This document shows positions 1-8,599 of a DNA stretch of 64,000 nt, one piece after another. The notes beneath the pieces are model-generated. The model did no database searches. It was not told where the DNA came from and saw only the letters and a list, made by a program, of their open reading frames with translations. Source of the DNA: Candidatus Thorarchaeota archaeon (lineage in GTDB: Archaea; Asgardarchaeota; Thorarchaeia; Thorarchaeales; Thorarchaeaceae); assembly GCA_016933575.1 (NCBI GenBank), contig JAFGAR010000088.1, positions 64,001 to 128,000 of the forward strand, read 5' to 3'. The number at the start of each line of letters is the position of its first letter. Position 1 is the first letter of the stretch. Position numbers and translations under genes: made by a program.

Positions 1-144
1 GATCGTCATTAACCGCTTTACTGTATTATTACCTGCACCACCACAACCGACTACGACTATACGAGCTTGCCCTACATCGCGCATTGTTGAAGACCCTCTC
101 TCAATTTGGCTATGTTCTCGTGCAGAGTCAATGAACGACCTCAT
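1..144 (-). CDS. ftsZ: Cell division protein FtsZ (FtsZ2-type context), N-terminal 48 aa; runs off window start
   Basis: Not in ORF track. Manual translation MRSFIDSAREHSQIERGSSTMRDVGQARIVVVGCGGAGNNTVKRLMTI contains the FtsZ GxGGAGNN motif. Its ATG overlaps the upstream stop codon (TAATG). Confidence 0.93.
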   Translation of the reverse strand, partial: MRSFIDSAREHSQIERGSSTMRDVGQARIVVVGCGGAGNNTVKRLMTI

Positions 145-326
145 TATCCTATGACCTCACTCATTCTTTCTTTTTGATACATGTTCTGGTCCCATAGCTC
201 TCGCTTCAGGAGGTCTCGGATAGCAATTCGGATTGCCTCTGAACGATTGGGATAGAGACCTTTGTCAACCAGTTGTTGAATATCAATTACAATCCGATCT
301 GGTAAGTGCACAGCTATGAGACGCAT
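144..326 (-). CDS. cdrS: Ribbon-helix-helix regulator, CdrS-like
   Basis: 60 aa RHH pattern (IAVHLP...GLYPNRSEAIRIAIRDLL), translationally coupled to ftsZ as in the conserved archaeal cdrS-ftsZ2 pair. Confidence 0.88.
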   Translation of the reverse strand: MRLIAVHLPDRIVIDIQQLVDKGLYPNRSEAIRIAIRDLLKRELWDQNMYQKERMSEVIG

Positions 327-542
327 ATCTAGTCCTCTATGATAGCCGGGAAGTATGGGGATATGTATTTGTGTAATACCTTGATTCAGCTGATTGCAAT
401 TGATTTTTTGTAGTTATTTGCACGAATCAAGTATCTCGATATGCGTGATTTAAAAATACAGAAACTCGAATCTGTTGCTTCTGACCCTAATATATATAGC
501 TAAAAAAGGATTCAACAATGTTATGGTTAACTGACTCTTCAC

Positions 543-3500
543 TTAGCTATATTCAGTATTGGGCTGATCAAACTCTCGTTCTTCATCCCAATCCTCTTCA
601 AACGCCTCATCAATCTCCTCAACTTCTGAGGACTCCAACTCTTCAATATGCCCAATGATAGCATTTTCAAGTTTCGAGTAGTCTGAGAGAATATGCACCA
701 ACCTAAGATTCACAAGAGCCTCTGCATCAATCGAGAGATTGTATCTTGAGTTAGAATCAATATCGACAAACTGACCGCATTCTGCTAATAACGCCACATC
801 GAATATTCCCATATCCTCATTCTCTAATTCAGAAACTCTCTGATTCTCTTTCAACCCATCCAGATGTATCTTCAGATACTTCTTGAAACCACGTTCTTTT
901 TTCTGTTCATCCACACTGATTCGGAGGATGATATCGCCGCCCACACTTGTTTCCAAGAACTCCTCGCATGTTGAGGGTACTGCAATATTGTCAGAGAAGA
1001 ATGTTGAACGATGAATGAGGGGCTTGAGCACAGAGAGATCGTAGAACTCGCGTTTTCCTTCCTTGTTCTTAACCATCATTTCGTCATAATCGACATCTTT
1101 CAGGGGATCCCACTTGAGGTATGTTCCTTCACGAGTCGCAAAATACTCTCCAGTTCTCTGTGGATATCTGAGAAATCGGATCACCTCGTCGGTGTAGGGA
1201 GTTTCCTTTCTTGCAATCAGCTTAGATCCCTCAAGCAGGTTGATTCTGTAGACTCTCTTCTCGAGATTGATGGTAAGAAGACATGAAACCTCTCTGATGA
1301 CTCCAGCCCATTCAACAGCCTCACGTAACACCCTATCACACTGTGCACGAACGTTCGAGGGAAGTGATGATGGCCTGTACCCATGGAGAGCAAGGAGGGT
1401 TTCAGGCAAAGGTTCTGACAACCGTATCCATCGTACTGGCAGGCTCTTCTCCTTTGGAGGGTTTCCATACTCGAATACTCCAGCAAACGTCCATTCTTTG
1501 CCATCCTCTCCTTCACTCTTTATGTAAAGCACCTGTTGCCGGCTCACTTCGAGAAGGATAATGGGCAGTTCATCCCATCCCTCTCTTGATAGTGCAGTGG
1601 TCGCTTCAGCCTTAGTCTGTTCAGGGTCAATCACACAACGGTACCAACTATAAGGAAGGTATGCACTCATCTGACCTTCAACTAGCCCTCCGTACATAGT
1701 GTTCTTCAAGGATGGAAACAACAACCAGATGGGTCCTCCCTCACTCCCTTCTCGCCATAGCAGTTGTCCGAATCGTTCTATAAATCTCGGTCTACCTGAT
1801 GATGTCATCTTCTTCATCTGCTTCGCCCTCCATTGGAGATTCTTGTGTATTGCCTGAAAGTCGTATCGATATTCAAAGTCGTTATCATCCTCCGGTCTAA
1901 AGCCCATCTGGTGGAATTGCCATCTAGCAACAGCAGACCATAAGTCAATGCAAGATGGTGACTCTACATCTCTGAAGATATTTTCCGCTACCGAAAGTAC
2001 TGCGAGAAAGAGGTTCATCCCATAGATCTCTAGAAGCTCGACATTGTGACTCTGAGCAAGTCTGAGAGATCTCTGATTGTCTAAGTTTAATAGGCTTCCA
2101 AGACTCAGCCGAGTATTTGATAGGAGCCTCCAGAGAAGCCTGGGTTCAGTTCTTCGTAGTAGTGCATCTTTCACTTGAGTCAAAGTATTGAGTAGAATTT
2201 CATCATCACATGATTGATAATCATTGCATTCACAGATGCTGATGATATCTTGATACAATGAAAAGAGCGAGTTGCGCAACGATGTTCTATCCATCAGAAA
2301 GGTTGCAGCATAGAGCAGTCTATGAATCTCTCTTCTTCTCGTATTGGTGGTATCGATATGTGATGATTTCGTAGAATAATTGAGAGGAGGTCTACGAGTG
2401 ATAGTGACTTGCTGTTCATGCTGTTCATCATGCTCTTTGTGAATCCAGCCCCTTGTAATTCGATCAGCACCAACATGGATTCCTTGATGGCATTTTCCAA
2501 GTCTGTTTGGATGAGGTGGCGGTTGCATCAGGTCAAGATGCAACCTACTGGTCAGACTTGGCTGAGTCCTCATACTATCCACAGGATGGTAAGCTGTTTT
2601 CCAATCCTCACTGACATCATCTATCTCAATTTCATTTGTCTGCTCTAGTCTTGGTCTACACAGACTAGGTATCAGACTGGCTGCTCTCTCTTTGATTGTA
2701 TTCAGGCTCTCTCTACCAATCATGTTGCATCGAACCTGAATTGAGGCGCTATGAAACGATCTTCCGTACATGTCCTGTTGTTGGTTCAAAGCTCCAGATT
2801 GTTTACCCACTTCGACATTGAAACTCTGTGTTGCCGCCGCACTGAATTTGCGAGTCCAGCCTCTGAGATGTGGAACACAAATCACAGTTGTCCATGGTTG
2901 GTTATCTATAGGGAGGTCCTGAACGATGACTCGACTCTCATCATATTGGGGGGTTAACCATCCCATCTCTCGCGGAACTGTGGGAAGATTCCAGATTATC
3001 TCATCTACAAGTTGTCTTCGCGGCGAATTATAGTACAGAGGATTCACACACGGTCGCTGGTAGGTCTTGTTCATCTCAGGATGATTCACACCACTATCGA
3101 CCCATATCAATTCAGAGGCAAAGTCCTTCAAGATTTGGAGTAGTGACAATTCAAGTATCTGCAGACTATTTCTACGACCAACAGGTACCATACTCTCAAG
3201 GTCTGGCCAACCATCTACAATGATAATTCGTTCTCCGGATTCTTTGAGGAACATAGACTTGATTCTAGCATGGAAATCCTTCAGTCCTGAAGACCCATTG
3301 GCAAAAATCAGATTATCTGTTTCTTTTTGGAGGTCTATAAAATGTACGCGCTTGAGAACGCCGCTGAGTCTGATATACTCCAACTGACTGATTAGTCCTC
3401 TCTTTCGGAGATTACCAAGTCCGAATCTCATATTGACAAGTTTCTCAGTCGAATAGTCACCAAGAAAATCCATCCAGAAGAGAGATGGACTAGAAGTTAC

Positions 3501-5390
3501 AGTTTCTGCTAATTCAGCGAGATGATTCAACAGGTGCCAGTTTTTAGCCAGCCATGCGGCACTCTTGCCAGAGGTTGTTGGTGAAGAAACAGAGATGTAT
3601 TGAGTAAAGAAGAAACCATCCTCTACTCGTTCTGCAAAAGGGTCTTCATTTTGTGCGTTCTTGGTGGGGACAATGCTTCTCAGGAGATGCTCAGGACCTT
3701 GAGCTGGTGTCATTGTGATAGCGATGCGCGGTACTGTTCCATTAATAGTCGTACACTCAAACTTGAGTGTCTTCCATTGACCACGAAATTCTCCTTCCAT
3801 TAGCTTCGTGGCCAGTTGGTCGATGAGTTGGTCAAAAGCCTTCTTCGTTACTTTAAAGCCCTGGAATGTGTCAAGAGTTACAACTCCCTTCCAGACACGT
3901 TTTGGTGCCAGCGGATTGTTGACAAGGGTATTGAATTCGGTAAGTAGTATTCGCTCGTATTCATCTAACTGGTCAAGATGGGACTTTGGAGGTTTGGAAC
4001 CTAATACTGCATTCCATTCAGAATCCGTAAGACGCTCTTTCCAGGAATGGAGTACTGGAACGTAGACGTCCTTCTTCCTAGTTCGAGGTTTCATTCCATA
4101 GATATTGAAGTTGAATCCTCCTTTCGTCTTTACTTCAAGAATCATAACAGGAGTCCAGATGTACTGCCCTGCACCTCTCAATATTCGTGCAAAAAGTACA
4201 AGATCTATCTTTCCAGCTCCCTGATCCCCAACGACAGGAACCTCCGCCAGATATTGTATTCCAGACGGATTCTGCAGAAATTCATCGCCTGCAAAGACAA
4301 CCTCTCTCAGAGATTTTGGGTGGCAGAACCCTGAGAGGAGCACTCTGTGCCAGTCATTCCCTTCTCTTTGTGTCTTCTTTGTAATCTCTTCGAAGAATTT
4401 TGAGGTTTCTTTACCTGTGATAATTCCATTTCGAATATGACCAAGGACAACCTCACCCCGCTCTCTGACATATTCCTCTTCTGAAGACTCCAGAGTCGTT
4501 TCGACTCTCTTTTTTAGAAATTCAACATCAAGGCCTGTTGGAGGAGTCTCTATTTGCTTGCTAATGCTCTCACTTATTCCACTCTTATCACCGAAATGAG
4601 TCCTGATTTCAAGTACAATCTTGCTAAGTTCTTTATCCGCATCAGGATGGAAGTTCTTTCGACCAACTTTACCTTGTGTGTAGACCCAATCGAGGAATGG
4701 TATGAGCCTATGAATCAGTAACCGGATATATCTATGACACTCGCGGCGAGGAACAGTGTGGATGAAGCATTGCCGACAGAGCTCTATGAGGTGCGCGCGA
4801 ATCATGTCAGCAAAGTCGAGGACGGGAAGGGTCGGATGCGCAAGGAGAACGCGCGGATTTTTTGAATTCCCTCGGTACCCTGCCTTCTGGTGAATTTTTA
4901 CACCCCTCTCCAGTGGTATTCTATCAGCTACACCCTCGGGAATGATATCTACTCGACCATCTCTGTATTTTCTTATCTGGTAGAGGTCTGGGTCTGGAAA
5001 ATAGTATCGAGGGACTAACACATCTCGTAACAGAGAACCCATATAGTTGAGGAGTTCATTAAGTGGCCCAACGGTCCCCTCTCTCCAGTTGTAAACCCGT
5101 TTGAACTCCTTGTTACCGTATCGTTTTGTACTGTACCAGAGCATCTGAAGGTACAATCTTCTCAGAACAGACTCTCTATTCTGTATGGAAGAGAAGTCAT
5201 ATGAGCCCTGTTCTCTGCAAGACGCCCATTCAGTACGCGCAACTTCCCAGTTGCACCTGATCTGTTCATAGAAAACGTTCGTCAGGTCGTTCTTTCTTTT
5301 GTAGGAAAGCCTGACTAAGGCTGATAGTCCTGAGTATATTGCATCTGCCAGAACCTCATTCGGTCGGATTTCTTGGACTTTTCGCCCCAA
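543..5390 (-). CDS. 1615-aa orphan with RecB-like PD-(D/E)xK nuclease motifs and a degenerate P-loop domain
   Basis: Long uninterrupted ORF. Motifs: GNDWH (~344-348), E383, GKID396, E419VK421, Q474LDEY, then SPTTSGKS (~603-610) and IIIVDG (~722-727). Acidic C-terminal tail. Confidence 0.7.
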   Translation of the reverse strand: MGRKVQEIRPNEVLADAIYSGLSALVRLSYKRKNDLTNVFYEQIRCNWEVARTEWASCREQGSYDFSSIQNRESVLRRLYLQMLWYSTKRYGNKEFKRVYNWREGTVGPLNELLNYMGSLLRDVLVPRYYFPDPDLYQIRKYRDGRVDIIPEGVADRIPLERGVKIHQKAGYRGNSKNPRVLLAHPTLPVLDFADMIRAHLIELCRQCFIHTVPRRECHRYIRLLIHRLIPFLDWVYTQGKVGRKNFHPDADKELSKIVLEIRTHFGDKSGISESISKQIETPPTGLDVEFLKKRVETTLESSEEEYVRERGEVVLGHIRNGIITGKETSKFFEEITKKTQREGNDWHRVLLSGFCHPKSLREVVFAGDEFLQNPSGIQYLAEVPVVGDQGAGKIDLVLFARILRGAGQYIWTPVMILEVKTKGGFNFNIYGMKPRTRKKDVYVPVLHSWKERLTDSEWNAVLGSKPPKSHLDQLDEYERILLTEFNTLVNNPLAPKRVWKGVVTLDTFQGFKVTKKAFDQLIDQLATKLMEGEFRGQWKTLKFECTTINGTVPRIAITMTPAQGPEHLLRSIVPTKNAQNEDPFAERVEDGFFFTQYISVSSPTTSGKSAAWLAKNWHLLNHLAELAETVTSSPSLFWMDFLGDYSTEKLVNMRFGLGNLRKRGLISQLEYIRLSGVLKRVHFIDLQKETDNLIFANGSSGLKDFHARIKSMFLKESGERIIIVDGWPDLESMVPVGRRNSLQILELSLLQILKDFASELIWVDSGVNHPEMNKTYQRPCVNPLYYNSPRRQLVDEIIWNLPTVPREMGWLTPQYDESRVIVQDLPIDNQPWTTVICVPHLRGWTRKFSAAATQSFNVEVGKQSGALNQQQDMYGRSFHSASIQVRCNMIGRESLNTIKERAASLIPSLCRPRLEQTNEIEIDDVSEDWKTAYHPVDSMRTQPSLTSRLHLDLMQPPPHPNRLGKCHQGIHVGADRITRGWIHKEHDEQHEQQVTITRRPPLNYSTKSSHIDTTNTRRREIHRLLYAATFLMDRTSLRNSLFSLYQDIISICECNDYQSCDDEILLNTLTQVKDALLRRTEPRLLWRLLSNTRLSLGSLLNLDNQRSLRLAQSHNVELLEIYGMNLFLAVLSVAENIFRDVESPSCIDLWSAVARWQFHQMGFRPEDDNDFEYRYDFQAIHKNLQWRAKQMKKMTSSGRPRFIERFGQLLWREGSEGGPIWLLFPSLKNTMYGGLVEGQMSAYLPYSWYRCVIDPEQTKAEATTALSREGWDELPIILLEVSRQQVLYIKSEGEDGKEWTFAGVFEYGNPPKEKSLPVRWIRLSEPLPETLLALHGYRPSSLPSNVRAQCDRVLREAVEWAGVIREVSCLLTINLEKRVYRINLLEGSKLIARKETPYTDEVIRFLRYPQRTGEYFATREGTYLKWDPLKDVDYDEMMVKNKEGKREFYDLSVLKPLIHRSTFFSDNIAVPSTCEEFLETSVGGDIILRISVDEQKKERGFKKYLKIHLDGLKENQRVSELENEDMGIFDVALLAECGQFVDIDSNSRYNLSIDAEALVNLRLVHILSDYSKLENAIIGHIEELESSEVEEIDEAFEEDWDEEREFDQPNTEYS

Positions 5391-5524
5391 GCAGACTCCT
5401 CGGGGGCAATTTCATAATTTTATTTATAAGTAATTCTATCTTAATTGGAATTCTTTTTTTATAATATAAAGTTCTCATAATACCTTTTTTGAAATTTTAA
5501 GCAATAATAGAATTTTTGTTTAAT

Positions 5525-5633
5525 AAGTTTATATAACTTGAATATGATACTAATACGAGTTCAAAAGACTCCTTCAGAACAAGAAAGGGAGTGAACTTGA
5601 CTGGCTCAGAAACGGGTCAGAAGTTTATATAAC
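5525..5633 (+). promoter_or_regulatory. Two identical 13-bp TATA elements AAGTTTATATAAC (5525-5537, 5621-5633)
   Basis: Exact direct repeat containing TTTATATA. The second copy lies ~23 nt before the tnpB ATG (leaderless spacing). The first is near-palindromic (AAGTTTATATAACTT). Confidence 0.65.
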
Positions 5634-5646
5634 GTAGGCGAATGCG

Positions 5647-7323
5647 ATGGCTCGGTCCCGTGGAACAACAATCAGTGTAAAGGTCCCTATTAATTGGGAT
5701 ATCATGACGCAAAGGACTCAACAGAGGTTGAGGCAGATTGTTGGAAGGGATACCCGAGTAATCCGAGCGTTCCTTGGAATAATCGAACAACACGAAAACG
5801 AATTGCTAACCGGTCGAAAGAATAACAGAATTCATGATGGAAAATTAGACAAACTCACAATTACAGCGATTAGGGTCAAAGCTGGTAACGGTCAAAGGAT
5901 CACTGTTTCTCACGATATCAAACAGAGGTTCACAAGAATCTCTACGAATGAACTTCAGGAATGCAGGCAGACAGCGGTAGCGCTCTATGAGAGCTACTTG
6001 GCATTGAAAGGAAAAAAAAGATGGAGTCCATCTCGTCCTTCGAAGGTAAACTCAACTAGAAGAATACCACGATGGACGTTCATACAAAGATTCAAGCTCG
6101 AGCAGAATTCATCATCTGTTTCAAGATGGTGGCTCAATCTTCGGGACACTCTTGACTCTGTACCTGAAGGCCGCGTAATTCATGATAGATTATCTATTCC
6201 CCTAAAGGTGTCCCCCTTTCATATCAATCAGTTCCAACGAGGAGAAGTAAAGGCATGTCAAATCTTCACTGATCTTTCAGGGAAGTGGTGGGTAAATTTC
6301 GCTATACGTGTGGCCATTTCAGAGATTCCAAGTACCATTCATCCTCCTGCTGTTCTAGGAATCGACCTTGGTATCGAGAAGGCTGCATGTACGACCTTGA
6401 TTACACCTATGAAGGTACGAGAAACCCGATTCTTCAAACAGAGGAATAAGCTTGAAGTTATCAAGAATTACGACCGACTAGTGGCAGACCTTCAACACGA
6501 GATTTCTACTCGTATCAATACGACTCAGAATGCTGATGGTGTGCTTCAAAAAATAAGGCAGATGCGATATAAACGAGAAAGGGTTGCTCGTGGATATGAC
6601 CGAGTTCTTGTTAGAAACTTACTGGACTATATCGAAGAGTTGTCTGAGAAGTACACACTCTATGTAGCAATTGGTCGCTTGAAGAATATCCGAAATACAG
6701 CTCGAAAAGGTAACTTCAAGGGAAGAGAGTTCAGGGGAATGATTCACTCTTGGGCTTTTGCAAGAATCTCTGAGAGTCTAAAACATGGATTAGCCCAAAA
6801 AGGCTGGTCTGTGGAGGGAAAAGACGCGAGATTCCGTGCAGTTCCTGAAGCTTGGACATCCATCATGTGTTGGAAATGCGGTAGCAAAGGAGTAAGATCC
6901 AAACAGAATTACTTCAATTGTCCATCGTGTGGTCACAAAACAAATGCAGATAGGAATGGAGCAATCAATATCGCCGGACGTCTTATTACGCTCACAAAGT
7001 CATTGCACAATGTGAGAGGACTAGGTAAGTGGGAAACCTCTGTTCAGGCAGGGAAATACTCACGACCGAAAGCCCGAAAGAAGATGCCTTCTCAAGGGAA
7101 GTTCTTACTCTCCGAAGAAGATGAAACATCACATCTTGGAGAGTCCGCGGCTGTTCACTTTGTCCAGATGGACCTTATTAGTTTCAGTGATGGAATTAGT
7201 GAGGGCGATGACGATCCCGCCGTGGAAAATACTGTGGAAATCCTCTCTGTTGCTAGAAGTGATGCTCCGGCGTTAGAACAGGAGAAAGAAGCCAGGTCTT
7301 CAGGAGGGATTCCATCCCAATGA
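5647..7323 (+). CDS. tnpB: TnpB-family (Cas12f/Fanzor-related) RNA-guided endonuclease with rearranged RuvC site
   Basis: RuvC-I LGID240LG; RuvC-II position VAIG343RL; alternative Glu VPE401AWTS; Zn ribbon C408/C411/C425/C428; RuvC-III NAD435RNGAINI; ~115-aa C-terminal tail. Confidence 0.9.
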   Translation: MARSRGTTISVKVPINWDIMTQRTQQRLRQIVGRDTRVIRAFLGIIEQHENELLTGRKNNRIHDGKLDKLTITAIRVKAGNGQRITVSHDIKQRFTRISTNELQECRQTAVALYESYLALKGKKRWSPSRPSKVNSTRRIPRWTFIQRFKLEQNSSSVSRWWLNLRDTLDSVPEGRVIHDRLSIPLKVSPFHINQFQRGEVKACQIFTDLSGKWWVNFAIRVAISEIPSTIHPPAVLGIDLGIEKAACTTLITPMKVRETRFFKQRNKLEVIKNYDRLVADLQHEISTRINTTQNADGVLQKIRQMRYKRERVARGYDRVLVRNLLDYIEELSEKYTLYVAIGRLKNIRNTARKGNFKGREFRGMIHSWAFARISESLKHGLAQKGWSVEGKDARFRAVPEAWTSIMCWKCGSKGVRSKQNYFNCPSCGHKTNADRNGAINIAGRLITLTKSLHNVRGLGKWETSVQAGKYSRPKARKKMPSQGKFLLSEEDETSHLGESAAVHFVQMDLISFSDGISEGDDDPAVENTVEILSVARSDAPALEQEKEARSSGGIPSQ

Positions 7324-7557
7324 TAGCAGACAAAGCTCTTGCTGATTACATTCTCTGTGGAGTATGTAAGATGGCGACATCAAGTAAGGGAAGGGTAGAA
7401 CACAGAAGTTTCTTTCAGTTGAATTTCACTCAACAAGGGAGATTCAAATTGTATGAATACTTGTAATACTCACCTATACTCAGATGAAAGATTCAGGTCG
7501 TATTTGTCCTTGTAATACTCAGATACTGATAATATAATAGCAAAAGAAGAGGAAACC

Positions 7558-7576
7558 GAGAGAGGTGACCTCTCTC
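7558..7576 (-). terminator. Hairpin terminator after rpl2
   Basis: GAGAGAGG-TGA-CCTCTCTC inverted repeat, followed on the minus strand by a pyrimidine/T tract. Confidence 0.6.
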
Positions 7577-7590
7577 AGTTCAAGAACTGT

Positions 7591-8313
7591 TTACTTTGTC
7601 TTGCGACCAGTTCTTCTTGCTGCAATATTACCGACTTTACGACCCGGAGGTGCGTGTCTACTCACTGTAGAAGGTCGACCAGGTGACTGATGTGACCCAC
7701 CACCGTGTGGATGCGAGGCTGCATTCATTGCAGCACCCCTGACAACAGGCCATTTTCGCGCTGTTCCACGAGTGTGGTGCCAGACTGCACCGGCTTTCAG
7801 GAAAGGTTTCTCAGATCGGCCACCACCAGCAACGATACCAACTGTAGCTCTGCATCGTGGACTGAAAGCCTTCTGTGAGCCACTTGGAAGGCGGACCATA
7901 GCCTTGGTCTTGTCTATGGATACTATTGTTGCTGTAAGACCTGAAGATTTCACGTACTTGCCACCATCCCCGGGGCTTCCTTCAATGTTATACACTGGAG
8001 TGCCTTCAGGGATATACTCAAGCATTAGAGTATTGCCATTTGCCAATCGGGCTTCCTCTCCGCTTTCAACCACTTGACCAACATATGCTCCTTCAGGAGC
8101 CACCATGTAGTACGGTTTTGTTTCGCCTTCATAGCGAATCTCAGCTAGAGGAGCACCTCGACCAGCCTCATGGAGGAGATCAATAATAGTTCCCACATAT
8201 GTCTTGCCAGGAGCCCATTTAGGATGTCTAGCAGGAGCTATCTTCTTGTGGCTCGGAGACCTCCATTGAGTAGTGCCTCGACCTTTCCGCTGCACAAGTA
8301 TTTTTCTACCCAT
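7591..8313 (-). CDS. rpl2: 50S ribosomal protein uL2
   Basis: MGRKILVQRKGRG...VRGAAMNAASHPHGGG...VGNIAARRTG. Confidence 0.98.
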   Translation of the reverse strand: MGRKILVQRKGRGTTQWRSPSHKKIAPARHPKWAPGKTYVGTIIDLLHEAGRGAPLAEIRYEGETKPYYMVAPEGAYVGQVVESGEEARLANGNTLMLEYIPEGTPVYNIEGSPGDGGKYVKSSGLTATIVSIDKTKAMVRLPSGSQKAFSPRCRATVGIVAGGGRSEKPFLKAGAVWHHTRGTARKWPVVRGAAMNAASHPHGGGSHQSPGRPSTVSRHAPPGRKVGNIAARRTGRKTK

Positions 8314-8325
8314 TCACAAGCCTCC

Positions 8326-8589
8326 TTAGAAGATCCCGAGGTTGGTTGCAACCTCTGCAGCACTGTACTCTGGTGCTAATCTCACAAATGCCTTTTTTCT
8401 GCCATCAGGCATTATCAGTGTGTTAACCTTCGCTACTACAACGTCGTAAAGGGATTCCACGGCCCACCGGATGGTATTCTTGTTAGCCTTGGGTGCAACA
8501 TAGAAGATGAGCTTATTGTCTTTATCAACTGCTTCAAGACTCGCCTCAGTCACTACTGGGCGGATAATTATATCATTAGGGTCTACCAT
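8326..8589 (-). CDS. rpl23: 50S ribosomal protein uL23
   Basis: IIRPVVTE...KVNTLIMPDGRKKAFVRL; start moved to ATG after GAGGTG. Confidence 0.97.
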   Translation of the reverse strand: MVDPNDIIIRPVVTEASLEAVDKDNKLIFYVAPKANKNTIRWAVESLYDVVVAKVNTLIMPDGRKKAFVRLAPEYSAAEVATNLGIF

Positions 8590-8599
8590 GATGCACACC

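Noticed and set aside
7460-7521. CRISPR array next to the TnpB/Cas12f-like gene
   Set aside because: Only two 13-bp copies 49 bp apart, too short and too few for an array; kept only as a repeat observation
5400-7590. Complete IS200/IS605 or IS607 element
   Set aside because: No Y1 or serine-recombinase tnpA, and element ends cannot be fixed from one copy
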